Positions 31,268-40,880 of a stretch of DNA of 64,000 nt are shown in pieces; the stretch's first letter is position 1, and each line of letters opens with the position of its first letter. The stretch spans positions 3,968,001-4,032,000 of the forward strand of contig OZ241867.1 of the NCBI GenBank assembly GCA_965203175.1, written 5' to 3'. This DNA comes from Candidatus Latescibacterota bacterium (GTDB taxonomy: Bacteria; Latescibacterota; UBA2968; UBA8231). Below the pieces are notes generated by a model. That model was given only the letters and a program-made list of their open reading frames with translations, did not search any database and was not told the origin of the DNA. Made by a program: the position numbers and the translations under genes.

Positions 31268-32332
31268 ATGATGCGCTACGCCCTGCTCGGATTCTGGCTC
31301 TTGACCGCCTGTGGCGAAAAGGTGCTTTACCTCGGCGAGCCGGGGCGTGGCACAGTGGGGGTTGAGCCGCCGCTGCAACTTTTGTGGACGCACAAAATGG
31401 ACGGCTCGCCACTGGGCGGCGCGCTCTTTGCCGGCGATCTGATCCTACAACTGAGCACCTCGTCCACCCTTTATGCGTTGGACCGGCGCAACGGTGCCTT
31501 GTTGGGCAAGCATGGATACGACAAGATGGCGTGTGCCCCTGGGCGGTTGGCCGGGGAGCTATACGCGCTGGGGGTGCTGGGCCGCAAGCCCGCCTTGAGA
31601 GTTTTGAACCGGCGGACTGCGACTGAGCGTTGGCGGCATGAGGGGACGTTTTGTCAGGTACCGGTCGTGCGCGGAGATACCCTAATCGCGGTGGATGATA
31701 AAGGCGTGGTGCAGGCGCTGCGCCTCACCGACGGGCGTTTGCTATGGCGCGCCGAATTGGGTGGGCTGGCGCGAACTGGGCTGTCGCTGAGCGGCGACCT
31801 CGCAGTTGCCGGTACCGCATCTGGGGACTTGGTGGCCCTGAGCGCGACAACCGGCCAAGAGCGCTGGCGCACAAGTCTAGAGGAAGCTGTACGCTCGCAG
31901 CCCGTACTTGCTGGTGAGCAGGTAGTTACGGCGACGGCTTCCGGCCGGGTACTAGCCGCGCACCGCGACTCCGGTCAGGTGGTGTGGGAGCGTGCCTTAG
32001 GCGCGCTGCCGACCCCGGAGCTAGCATTGGCCGCTGGCGTATTGGTGGTCGGCTGCGCCGACAGTCACTTTTATGGACTAGACGCGGCTACTGGAAAGGT
32101 GCGGTGGACGTTTGCCACTGAGGGCGTGGTGCGGAGCAGTCCAGCCGTCACGGATCACACTGCGTATGGCGCTTCCAGCGATGGCCATCTCTACGCCTTG
32201 GATCTGCAAGACGGGCATCTGTTGTGGAAATACCGGTTGGATGGTCCGGTCTTGGCGCCGGTGTCCTTGGGTGCGGGGGGCGTTACTGCCGCCACCGAGA
32301 AGCGGGTCCTCCACGTATTTGGACGCCACTGA
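31268..32332 (+). CDS. PQQ-like beta-propeller lipoprotein (BamB-like)
   Basis: Lipobox LTAC; repeated ALDxxTGxxxW blades. Confidence 0.85.
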   Translation: MMRYALLGFWLLTACGEKVLYLGEPGRGTVGVEPPLQLLWTHKMDGSPLGGALFAGDLILQLSTSSTLYALDRRNGALLGKHGYDKMACAPGRLAGELYALGVLGRKPALRVLNRRTATERWRHEGTFCQVPVVRGDTLIAVDDKGVVQALRLTDGRLLWRAELGGLARTGLSLSGDLAVAGTASGDLVALSATTGQERWRTSLEEAVRSQPVLAGEQVVTATASGRVLAAHRDSGQVVWERALGALPTPELALAAGVLVVGCADSHFYGLDAATGKVRWTFATEGVVRSSPAVTDHTAYGASSDGHLYALDLQDGHLLWKYRLDGPVLAPVSLGAGGVTAATEKRVLHVFGRH

Positions 32333-32345
32333 GCGGGGAAACTGC

Positions 32346-32774
32346 ATGAAAAAGACGATTGCTTGGTGCTTGGTGCTAGCCGTGGTCGCGCCGACGTGGG
32401 CTGAGTCGTTGGAGTTGCCTCGGCAGCTAGTCCAGTTGGAAACAGCCTTAGCGGCACAATGGGCCGAGCGTCCGATGCTTAGGCAGCGGTCGTTGCCAGC
32501 TACGTCGGCGGCTCCGAACAAAAAGAAGCACTCGCGCAAGAAGCTCTACTTGAGCGCGGCCTTGGCCGTAGGAGGGGGCGTGGTGGCCTACTGGAGCAAG
32601 GAGCGGGCCGACGCCGCGTACGACCGCTATTTGCGCTCGGCCAGCGTGGCGCGCCAGCAACGCGAATTGGACGCGGCCAAGCGCTTTGACCGCGTGGCTG
32701 GCGCGGCGTTTGTCGGTATGGAAGTGGGCTTAGTACTCAGCTCATACTTGCTCTTTTTTAGGTCGAGGTCATGA
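32346..32774 (+). CDS. Exported/membrane hypothetical protein
   Basis: ATG 32346 after a G-rich RBS; signal peptide; two hydrophobic helices flanking ADAAYDRY. Confidence 0.7.
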   Translation: MKKTIAWCLVLAVVAPTWAESLELPRQLVQLETALAAQWAERPMLRQRSLPATSAAPNKKKHSRKKLYLSAALAVGGGVVAYWSKERADAAYDRYLRSASVARQQRELDAAKRFDRVAGAAFVGMEVGLVLSSYLLFFRSRS

Positions 32775-34012
32775 GACGCTCCCTCTGGATGGGATGCTGC
32801 CTCGTCGCGCTGGTCTTAGCTTGCAGCGACCGCCCGCGGCACAATCCCCTCGACCCGCAAGCCGAGGATGCGCAGAGCGAGTTGTTCAGCGTTTTGACGG
32901 CCTTGGCACTCGATGGCCAAGTCGAATTGCAGTGGGACTTTTCCCACTTTATCGACATCGAAGGCTACCGACTTTACCGCCGTCAGCCCAAGGGCGAGTG
33001 GGAACCGATCTCTCCGGTTCTGGCGCCGGACGCGACCGCGTACTCGGACGCTGGGTTGCAGAACGGGATGCACTACGAGTACCAACTCAGCTTGCTCGTC
33101 GCCGGGGAAGACGAGCGTCCCAGCGGCAGGCCCGTATTTGCTACGCCCGGCCCGGAAATTGCATGGGTGGCCGACCGCCACTCTGGGTTGGTGTGGAAAA
33201 TCAGCGCAGATGCGCGCAGTGCGCATTTTGCCCAAGGGCGCTTTTTCGATTTGGCGACGATCGCCCTCGACGTGGCCGATGGTTCGTGCTGGGTCAGCGA
33301 CCGGGGGTTTGCTGGGCTATACCGGATTGCGGAAGACGGCGCGTTGACCGCGCTGGCCGCAGACGTGGAGACGCCTGGGGACTTGGCCATTGACGCCGCA
33401 GCGCGGATTGGCTGGCTGGCCGACGCGGGACGGCAGCGGGTCTTTTTCTTTTCCTTAGACGCGGCCGATTCGCTCGCCCTATTCCCGGTCGATGCTACCT
33501 TTACCCAGCCCGTGGCATTGGTGGCTCAGGCCGGGGGCTGCTGGATCGCCGACCAAGCCCAAGGTCGGGTGCTGTTCTATCAGACCGACGGTACCCGCGC
33601 CGCTGAATTCCACGCGCTGGCGGCCCCCGAGGCGCTGGCGGCGGGTGCGGAGGGGGATGTGTGGTTATTGGGTGGTGAGGGGCATAGCTTGATGCGATTG
33701 CACCGTACGGGTACCGTCCTCGACGTGGAGTTGCCTTTTGCCGCAGCTGTGGGTTTGGCCGTGGATGGTGCGAGCGGTGCCTGCTGGGTGTTGGGGGAAC
33801 GGGATCTGGCGGTTTTCTCAGCTGACGGGACCTTGGAGCAGCACTGGACCAACGTGCCTAGGGGTAGCGCCCTGTCCTTCGACGCGGTGCAGCAGCGGGT
33901 TTGGATTGCGACTGGCAACGCGCTGTTGAAATTCGCGCCCGAGGGTCAGACCCTGGCGCGGCTCGACGGCTTTTCGTCCATCGTCCGCATTGCTGTGGAT
34001 CCAGGCCGCTGA
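32771..34012 (+). CDS. Lipoprotein with FN3-like domain and NHL/WD-like beta-propeller
   Basis: Lipobox VLAC, RHNPLDP, V.L.W...GYRLYRR...Y.D.GL.NG..YEY, repeated CW.AD blades. Confidence 0.75.
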   Translation: MRRSLWMGCCLVALVLACSDRPRHNPLDPQAEDAQSELFSVLTALALDGQVELQWDFSHFIDIEGYRLYRRQPKGEWEPISPVLAPDATAYSDAGLQNGMHYEYQLSLLVAGEDERPSGRPVFATPGPEIAWVADRHSGLVWKISADARSAHFAQGRFFDLATIALDVADGSCWVSDRGFAGLYRIAEDGALTALAADVETPGDLAIDAAARIGWLADAGRQRVFFFSLDAADSLALFPVDATFTQPVALVAQAGGCWIADQAQGRVLFYQTDGTRAAEFHALAAPEALAAGAEGDVWLLGGEGHSLMRLHRTGTVLDVELPFAAAVGLAVDGASGACWVLGERDLAVFSADGTLEQHWTNVPRGSALSFDAVQQRVWIATGNALLKFAPEGQTLARLDGFSSIVRIAVDPGR

Positions 34013-34091
34013 GGCCGCGATCTCTCTTGCATCGGATTTACTCCTTAACGACCTTCCTTAAGGTGTAACTTCAACCCCACGAGAACCAATT

Positions 34092-35060
34092 ATGACCGAG
34101 CGAGCTCCCATCCACAGCATGACCGGCTTTGGCCGCGGCGCGGCCGAGCGGCGGGGTTTGCGGCTTGCCGTCGAACTGCGGTCGGTCAACAGCCGCTACC
34201 TCGACATACAGGTGCGCTGCCCGGCTGATCTCCAGCCCTTTGAGCTAGCCATCCGCGAGCGGATTCAGGCGCGAGTCAGTCGCGGCAAAATAAGCGCGCA
34301 CATTGCCTGGGAAGAGGAAGACCAATCCGAGACCCTGCCCCAGTTAGACGAGGAAGCGGCCAAGCACTATCTAGCCCAGCTACGGCGGCTAGCTGAATTG
34401 GCTCAGATCGAAGCTGCGGAGAGTCGGGCTACGATGCCGCTGCACAAGGCGTTTTTTGCTCGTTTCAAGAGGCTAGAGCAGCTCAATGTGGGGATCGAGC
34501 GGGTGCTGCTGACGAAGCTGCCCAATCTCTTTCGGGTCCAAGCCACAGAGTTGGATAGCGCGGTCGCGCAAGAGGTGCTGCGGGTGGGGTTGGACCAAGC
34601 GCTGGCCGAGTTAGTGGCCATGCGCGAGGCCGAGGGACACACCCTCACCGCGGACTTGCGTGCCCGCGTCGAGGCGGTGGGGGCGCATCTGGAGCGCGTG
34701 GCCGAGCGAGCGCAGGCGACCCGTGGGCAAGTCGCCGAACGGCTGCGGGAAAAGATCGCCGCCCTGCTCACGCTCGGGGAGGTTGCCGAAGATCGCCTTG
34801 CCACGGAGATTGCCCTGATCGCCGAGCGCAGCGACATCGTCGAGGAGATCGTCCGCTTCCGCAGCCACAACGCTCAGTTCCTCGATACCTTGGCACAAGG
34901 TGGCGAAATAGGGAAGCGCTTGAACTTTCTCTTGCAGGAAATGCACCGCGAAGCCAATACTATCAGCTCCAAAGCCGCAGATGCCGAGATTGCCCATTGG
35001 GTAGTCGAGATCAAAGAAGAGATTGAGCGGCTGCGCGAGCAGGTGCAAAACTTGGCGTGA
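34092..35060 (+). CDS. yicC: YicC/YloC family endoribonuclease
   Basis: SMTGFG, RSVNSRYLD, RGK, DI.EEI.R, GKRLNFLLQEMHREANTI.SK, EQVQN. Confidence 0.93.
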   Translation: MTERAPIHSMTGFGRGAAERRGLRLAVELRSVNSRYLDIQVRCPADLQPFELAIRERIQARVSRGKISAHIAWEEEDQSETLPQLDEEAAKHYLAQLRRLAELAQIEAAESRATMPLHKAFFARFKRLEQLNVGIERVLLTKLPNLFRVQATELDSAVAQEVLRVGLDQALAELVAMREAEGHTLTADLRARVEAVGAHLERVAERAQATRGQVAERLREKIAALLTLGEVAEDRLATEIALIAERSDIVEEIVRFRSHNAQFLDTLAQGGEIGKRLNFLLQEMHREANTISSKAADAEIAHWVVEIKEEIERLREQVQNLA

Positions 35061-35611
35061 AAGCATCTATGTCATCCGTGCAGATCATCACTATTAGCGG
35101 CTTGGCTGGCAGCGGCACCACTACGGTGTGCGACCGGCTGTGTGCGCGGTTGGGTTGGGCCTATGTCAACGCCGGAGCCGTCTTTCGGCGGCTGGCCAAA
35201 GAGGCGGGCGTGAGCTTGGCCGAATTTGGCCAGCAGGCCGAAGCCGATGGCTGCATCGACCGCCAGCTCGACGCGCGCTTGGTTGAGCAAGCGCAGGCGA
35301 GCGCGCCGGTCGTCGTCGAAGGGCGGCTCACCGGCTGGATGGCCCAACGGCACCACCTTCCAGCCCTCAAGGTTTGGCTGCAAGCGGCGCTTGCCGTGCG
35401 GGCCGAGCGCGTGGGACAGCGCGAGGGTAAACCGCTGGCGCAAGCGCTCGTGGAAACGCGCGAGCGCGAGGCGTCCGAGGCCCAGCGCTATGCCGCGCAT
35501 CACCAAATCGCCATCAGCGACTTGTCGGTGTACGACTTGGTCGTCGATACCGAGTGTTGCGACCCCCAAGCCGCCTGCGCGCACATCTTGGCGCGCCTCG
35601 ATCAGCCATGA
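35057..35611 (+). CDS. cmk: Cytidylate kinase, archaeal-type
   Basis: ITISGLAGSGTTT, AGAVFRRLAKE.G.SL.EF, IDRQLD, VEGRL.GW, RAERV..RE, SE..RY, YDLVVDT. Confidence 0.78.
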   Translation: MKASMSSVQIITISGLAGSGTTTVCDRLCARLGWAYVNAGAVFRRLAKEAGVSLAEFGQQAEADGCIDRQLDARLVEQAQASAPVVVEGRLTGWMAQRHHLPALKVWLQAALAVRAERVGQREGKPLAQALVETREREASEAQRYAAHHQIAISDLSVYDLVVDTECCDPQAACAHILARLDQP

Positions 35612-36801
35612 GCTTGCAAGGCCGCAACATCCTGCTCGGGGTTACCGGCGGTATTGCCGCGTACAAGACGCCGGAGATGGTGCGGCTGTTGACGGCTGAA
35701 GGGGCTGAGGTGCGGGTAGTGCTGACCCGCGCGGCTGGCGAGTTCGTTGCACCCAAGACGTTGGAGGTGCTCTCCCGCCATGTGGTGTACAGCGACTTGT
35801 TCAGCCGCGACGCGGAATTTCCCGTCCTGCACGTGGGGTTAGCCGAGTGGGCCGACTTGATTTTGGTAGCTCCGGCTACGGCGCACTGCTTGGGGCGCGT
35901 AGCTGGGGGCTTGGCCGACGATCTGCTCACCTCGGTGTTGTTGTGCGCGGATGTGCCCGTCCTGCTGGCGCCGTCGATGGAGGAAAACATGTTGGCCAAT
36001 GCCGCGGTCGAGGCCAATGTGCAGACCTTGGTGCAGCGAGGGTTCCACCTGCTCGACCCGGGAGTAGGGCCTTTGGCGTCGGGTGTGGTTGGCCGCGGGC
36101 GGATGCCCGAGCCGGTGGAGTTAGTCGCAGCGATAGCAGCGCATTTCAGCGGCGACTTGGATGGGTTGAAGTTGCTGGTAACGGCCGGTCCCACGGTCGA
36201 GGATCTCGATCCAGTGCGCTTTATTTCCAATCGCTCGTCGGGCAAGATGGGCTATGCGATAGCCGAACGGGCTGCTGCGCGTGGCGCGCGCGTGTGGCTG
36301 ATTTCCGGGCCGACTGCCCTGCCCGCGCCCGCTGGTGTGGAACGGGAGTTGGTGCGTTCGACCCTCGATATGCAGCGCGCGGTAGAGGCTTTGTTTGAGC
36401 AAGTAGATGGAGCGATTTTGGCGGCGGCCCCGGCCGACTACCGCGCCAAAGAGGTGGCCGAGCAGAAGATCAAGCGCGGCGCGGCGTCCAGTTCCATCGA
36501 GTTGGTCGAAAACCCGGATATTGCCGCCGGGCTAGGCCAGCGCAAGAGCCAGCGGTTGCTGGTCGTCTTTGCGATGGAGACGGAAAAAGGGCCGGAGCGG
36601 GCGCAGGAGAAGCTGGCGCGCAAGGGGGGCGACCTAATCGTGCTCAACATGCTCAACGACGAGGGGGCTGGTTTTGCTGGCGACACCAACCGCGTTACCC
36701 TGATCGACGTTGAGGGCCAAGAGGAAGCTCTGCCCCTGTTGAGCAAGTCCGCGGTCGCCGACCGCATCCTCGACTGGGTGCGGGCGCGGCGGGAAGTTTA
36801 A
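35608..36801 (+). CDS. coaBC: Bifunctional phosphopantothenoylcysteine decarboxylase/ligase
   Basis: GVTGGIAAYK, APATA, ADDLL, TAGPT.E.LDPVRFISNRSSGKMG, NPDI, FAMET. Confidence 0.95.
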   Translation: MSLQGRNILLGVTGGIAAYKTPEMVRLLTAEGAEVRVVLTRAAGEFVAPKTLEVLSRHVVYSDLFSRDAEFPVLHVGLAEWADLILVAPATAHCLGRVAGGLADDLLTSVLLCADVPVLLAPSMEENMLANAAVEANVQTLVQRGFHLLDPGVGPLASGVVGRGRMPEPVELVAAIAAHFSGDLDGLKLLVTAGPTVEDLDPVRFISNRSSGKMGYAIAERAAARGARVWLISGPTALPAPAGVERELVRSTLDMQRAVEALFEQVDGAILAAAPADYRAKEVAEQKIKRGAASSSIELVENPDIAAGLGQRKSQRLLVVFAMETEKGPERAQEKLARKGGDLIVLNMLNDEGAGFAGDTNRVTLIDVEGQEEALPLLSKSAVADRILDWVRARREV

Positions 36802-36825
36802 CCCGTACTGAGCGAGGATGTCGCC

Positions 36826-37509
36826 ATGGAAGAGCGGAGCGAGAATGTGCTGGCCGAGGCCCGGCGCTATCTGTCCGATTTAGTAGCTTTTGAAGGGACC
36901 CAATTCACAGCACCGGAGTCGATTGACGCGACCGGCGCGGAGGAACCAGTGGCCGATGCTTTAGAAGCCTTTCGCAGCCAGATCTGCGAGTGTACTCGCT
37001 GTCGGCTGGGTGCGACGCGGCAGAACTTTGTGTTTGGCAGCGGCGACCCTGCGGCCGGCATCATGTTCATCGGCGAGGCCCCAGGGGCCGAGGAAGACCG
37101 CATGGGCCAGCCCTTTGTGGGGAAAGCCGGTCAACTGCTGACCAAGATCATCGAGGCTATGGGCCTGTCCCGCGACGAGGTCTATATCTGCAACATACTC
37201 AAGTGCCGCCCGCCGAATAACCGCGACCCCCTGCCCGACGAAATCGAGCAGTGCGAGCCGTATCTCAAGCGCCAGATCGAAATCATCCAGCCCCGCGTCA
37301 TCTGCACCTTGGGCCGCTTTGCCGCGCAGACCTTGCTCCGCAGCAGCGAGCCCATGGGCCGCTTGCGCGACCAGGATCACCACTACGAGGGCATCCCCTT
37401 GGTGGCCACGTACCACCCGGCGGCCCTCTTGCGCAACTCCCAGTGGAAGCGCCCGACTTGGGAAGACATGAAGCGGGTGCGGAAGCTCTACGACGGGGTC
37501 GAACTCTAA
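36826..37509 (+). CDS. Uracil-DNA glycosylase, family 4 (Fe-S)
   Basis: [32 protein letters not shown]. Confidence 0.93.
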   Translation: MEERSENVLAEARRYLSDLVAFEGTQFTAPESIDATGAEEPVADALEAFRSQICECTRCRLGATRQNFVFGSGDPAAGIMFIGEAPGAEEDRMGQPFVGKAGQLLTKIIEAMGLSRDEVYICNILKCRPPNNRDPLPDEIEQCEPYLKRQIEIIQPRVICTLGRFAAQTLLRSSEPMGRLRDQDHHYEGIPLVATYHPAALLRNSQWKRPTWEDMKRVRKLYDGVEL

Positions 37510-37527
37510 ATTTTTTGGAGCTGAACC

Positions 37528-38910
37528 ATGACTCAGAGTCCAAATGGAGGCCAGGATCTCGGGCGGATGCCGCCGCAGGCCGTAGAGGTCGAGCAGGCCG
37601 TGCTCGGGGCGATGATGTTAGAGCAACGGGCCATCGTCCGCGCCGTTGAAATCCTCGACGAAAGCTGTTTCTACCACGCTCCCCACAGCCGGATATTTGC
37701 GGCCATGACCGAGCTTTTTGAGCGGGGGATAGCGGTCGATCAGCTAACCTTGACCGAGGAACTCAAGCGCCGCGGTCAACTCGACGACGTCGGTGGAGTC
37801 GTCTATCTGGCCAAGTTAGGGTCTGAAGTGGCCACGACGGCCAATATCGACTTTCACGCGCAGATCGTTTTGGAGAAGGCGCTGGGCCGCAAGTTGATCG
37901 AAACCTCTAGCGAAGTCATTGAGCGAGCGTACGCGGCCGACGAGGATGTCCAGACCCTGATCGACAGTGCCGAGCAGAAGCTTTTCAGCCTGAGCGAAAA
38001 CCAAATCGGCGAGGGCTTTGAGCGGCTGAAAGAGGTGATGGGAGAAACGGTTGACCACCTCGATCGCATCCACGCGGGGGCGGGCACGGTTTTGGGGGTC
38101 GATACGGGTTTTCCCGAGCTCAACGACCAGATGTCGGGTTTTCAGAAGGGCGATCTGGTCATTCTCGCGGCGCGGCCTAGCGTCGGCAAGACGGCACTGG
38201 CGCTGACGCTGGCGCGTAACGCGGCCGTGAATGCCGAAGCCGGGGTGGCGGTTTTCAGCTTGGAAATGTCTAAGATACAACTAGTTCAGCGCCTGCTCAG
38301 CATCGAGACTAAGGTCGATTTGCACAAGCTGCGCACTGGGCGGCTGAGCGACGAAGACTGGATGCACCTAACGCATAACATCAATCGCTTGGCCGAAGCG
38401 CCGATCTACATAGACGACACGCCCGGCATCTCGGTACTCGAAGCGCGAGCTAAGGCGCGGCGGCTGCAGCGCGAGTACGGGATTGACATGGTCATAATCG
38501 ACTATCTCCAACTTATGAGTGGGCACATCAGGACGCAGAGCCGCGAGCAGGAAATTTCGCAGATCTCGCGCGGCCTCAAGGCCATGGCTAAAGAATTGGA
38601 CGTGCCGGTTTTGGCCTTATCGCAGTTGTCGCGCGCTGTAGAAAGCCGCACGGACCGGCGGCCGCAGCTATCGGACCTGCGGGAGTCGGGCAGCTTGGAA
38701 CAGGACGCCGATGTGGTGATGTTCATCTACCGCCCGGAGATGTACGATCTCAAGTCTGCAGACGGAGAGAGCCTCGAAGGCATTGCCGAGATCATCATCG
38801 GCAAGCAGCGCAACGGCCCGGTTGGCTCGGTGAATTTGGCGTGGAACAAGGAAAGTGCCACGTTCGAGGCGGCGACACCTGAGTGGCGGACGGAGCCGGA
38901 AGAATACTAG
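37528..38910 (+). CDS. dnaB: Replicative DNA helicase
   Basis: PPQA.E.EQAVLG, AARPSVGKT, FSLEM, DYLQLM, LSQLSR, DLRESGSLEQDAD, KQRNGP; no intein. Confidence 0.97.
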   Translation: MTQSPNGGQDLGRMPPQAVEVEQAVLGAMMLEQRAIVRAVEILDESCFYHAPHSRIFAAMTELFERGIAVDQLTLTEELKRRGQLDDVGGVVYLAKLGSEVATTANIDFHAQIVLEKALGRKLIETSSEVIERAYAADEDVQTLIDSAEQKLFSLSENQIGEGFERLKEVMGETVDHLDRIHAGAGTVLGVDTGFPELNDQMSGFQKGDLVILAARPSVGKTALALTLARNAAVNAEAGVAVFSLEMSKIQLVQRLLSIETKVDLHKLRTGRLSDEDWMHLTHNINRLAEAPIYIDDTPGISVLEARAKARRLQREYGIDMVIIDYLQLMSGHIRTQSREQEISQISRGLKAMAKELDVPVLALSQLSRAVESRTDRRPQLSDLRESGSLEQDADVVMFIYRPEMYDLKSADGESLEGIAEIIIGKQRNGPVGSVNLAWNKESATFEAATPEWRTEPEEY

Positions 38911-38919
38911 TCGGCCCTC

Positions 38920-39927
38920 ATGTTCATCGACGAAGTGACCATCACGGTGGAGTCGGGCCATGGCGGCAGCGGCTGCTGTTCGTTTCGGCGCGAGAAGTAC
39001 GTGCCGCGCGGCGGGCCGGATGGCGGCGACGGGGGCGACGGAGGCGACGTAATCTTCCGCGTTGATGCCCAACTCAACACGCTGCACGATTTCCGTTATC
39101 AACGCCACATCCGCGCCGGTCGCGGTGCCCACGGCGAGGGCAAGCGCCGGACGGGTCAGCGCGGCGAGCACGCGGTCATCTGCGTGCCACCGGGCACTAT
39201 CTTGCGTGACGAAAAGGGCTTGCTGATCCGCGACATGGTCGAGGATGGGCAGGAATTGGTGCTGCTGGAGGGTGGGCGTGGGGGCCGGGGCAATGCCCGC
39301 TTTGCCACGCCTCGCGTACAGGCTCCACGGCGCGCTGATCCCGGGCGAGAGGGCGAGCAAATGGTGGTGCAGCTCGAGCTGAAGTTGCTGGCGGATGTGG
39401 GGCTGGTGGGCTTTCCCAACGCGGGCAAATCCACGCTGCTGGCGCGGCTTTCCGCAGCCCGTCCCAAAATTGCCGACTATCCCTTTACGACCTTGGAGCC
39501 GCACTTGGGCATTGTGCAGTGGGCCGAGGGCGAGAGTTTTGTGTTGGCCGACTTGCCGGGGCTGATCGAGGGGGCGCACGAGGGCAAGGGCTTAGGCATG
39601 CGGTTTTTGCGCCACATTGAGCGCACGCGCATTCTGCTGTTTGCCATTGATTGCACCAGTCCGGATCCGCGCGGCGAGTTGGAGGCCCTGCGTCGCGAGT
39701 TGGATGCCTTCGACGAGGGGATGCGGCACAAGCCCGCTGGGATTGCGCTGACTAAGGCTGATTTGCTGGGGCCGGACGCGGATTTTGAAGACCCTTTTGC
39801 CGATCTGCGCGCACCGCGCTTTTTGGTCTCGGCCGTCAGCGGTCGTGGGGTGCCTGAGATGCTGCGTAGTGTGGGGCAGGCGGTGAAAAAGTTGCGAGTT
39901 GACGAAATGGGGAAAGACGATCCATGA
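38920..39927 (+). CDS. obgE: GTPase ObgE/CgtA
   Basis: MFIDE, FRREKYVP.GGPDGGDGG, GFPNAGKST, ADYPFTTL.P, DLPGLIEGA, TKAD. Confidence 0.97.
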   Translation: MFIDEVTITVESGHGGSGCCSFRREKYVPRGGPDGGDGGDGGDVIFRVDAQLNTLHDFRYQRHIRAGRGAHGEGKRRTGQRGEHAVICVPPGTILRDEKGLLIRDMVEDGQELVLLEGGRGGRGNARFATPRVQAPRRADPGREGEQMVVQLELKLLADVGLVGFPNAGKSTLLARLSAARPKIADYPFTTLEPHLGIVQWAEGESFVLADLPGLIEGAHEGKGLGMRFLRHIERTRILLFAIDCTSPDPRGELEALRRELDAFDEGMRHKPAGIALTKADLLGPDADFEDPFADLRAPRFLVSAVSGRGVPEMLRSVGQAVKKLRVDEMGKDDP

Positions 39928-39960
39928 GGGGTTTTGCAGAACTCTGAATCGCGTTCTTCG

Positions 39961-39990
39961 ATTCTTCAGGGGAATCCTGAAGAATTTTTT
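39961..39990 (+). terminator. Rho-independent terminator after obgE
   Basis: ATTCTTCAGG-GGAAT-CCTGAAGAAT perfect 10-bp stem followed by T run. Confidence 0.75.
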
Positions 39991-40001
39991 ATGCGCGTCC
40001 T

Positions 40002-40844
40002 TCAGCTAAAGCCGAGGAAGCGCCGCGCGGTCTCGCCCATGATGAGTTGGCGCTGATTGCTGCTCAGGTCGGGCAGCAGGTGGTCGAGGGCCTCGACGCA
40101 CTCGCCGTAGCCGGGGTCGGCGACAATCCAGGGAAAATCCGAAGCCCACAGCAGGCGTTCGGCACCAAAGGCGGACAGCAGGCTGCGGTGCCAAGCGGCC
40201 AAGTCGGGATAGGGATAGGCCGCCTTGCTCATGGCGTATTGGCCCGACAGGTGGACGCAGACGTTGGGCAAATCGGGTGCGGGGCCGAGGAACCCGGTCG
40301 GCGGCGGCATTTCCACGTCGATCTGCGGGCGGCCCTTGGCGTCCCAAGTAAACCGGTCCTCGCGAGGGCAGACCATGAGGTGATTGACCACGACGCGCAC
40401 TTGGGAAAAATCCGCGAGGAACTGGGGCACTAGCGGAGCGGAGGTGGCGCGCAAATAGAGCCAAAGCACGTAATCTTTGCGAGCGGCGTGTTCCCATATG
40501 GGCGGGGAAAAGTCGCCGAGCGAGCGGAGCCGGAAGCCGATTATCGAGCCGTCTTCGGCGAGGCGATCCATGTGATCGGCGGGCGCGGGCGCGTCGGGCG
40601 GTATCAAGCCGATGCCCAAGAAGCGGTCGGGATAGGTGCGCAGACAGTGTTGTAAATAGGCGTGGTGCGCGAGGCTGGTGCCGCCGGTTTGCACGAGCAC
40701 GGCCTTGTCGATGGCGTGGTCGGCCATGTGCGCCAAGAGATTCTCGACAGGAGCTTCGCGCTCGGCGGGCATGCTTGAGGTGATCTCGCGCGGAAACTCG
40801 GCGCTGGGGCGGGCGAAGACGTGCAGATGAGAGTCAATACGCAT
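40002..40844 (-). CDS. Amidohydrolase_2 family protein
   Basis: IDSHLHV, NHL, LSG, FGAERLLWASDFPW. Confidence 0.88.
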   Translation of the reverse strand: MRIDSHLHVFARPSAEFPREITSSMPAEREAPVENLLAHMADHAIDKAVLVQTGGTSLAHHAYLQHCLRTYPDRFLGIGLIPPDAPAPADHMDRLAEDGSIIGFRLRSLGDFSPPIWEHAARKDYVLWLYLRATSAPLVPQFLADFSQVRVVVNHLMVCPREDRFTWDAKGRPQIDVEMPPPTGFLGPAPDLPNVCVHLSGQYAMSKAAYPYPDLAAWHRSLLSAFGAERLLWASDFPWIVADPGYGECVEALDHLLPDLSSNQRQLIMGETARRFLGFS

Positions 40845-40880
40845 AGTTTTATTGGGTTGGGATTAAGGGTTTCAGTAAAG

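Noticed and set aside
37528-38910. Intein in DnaB
   Set aside because: 460 aa is normal length and the motifs are contiguous
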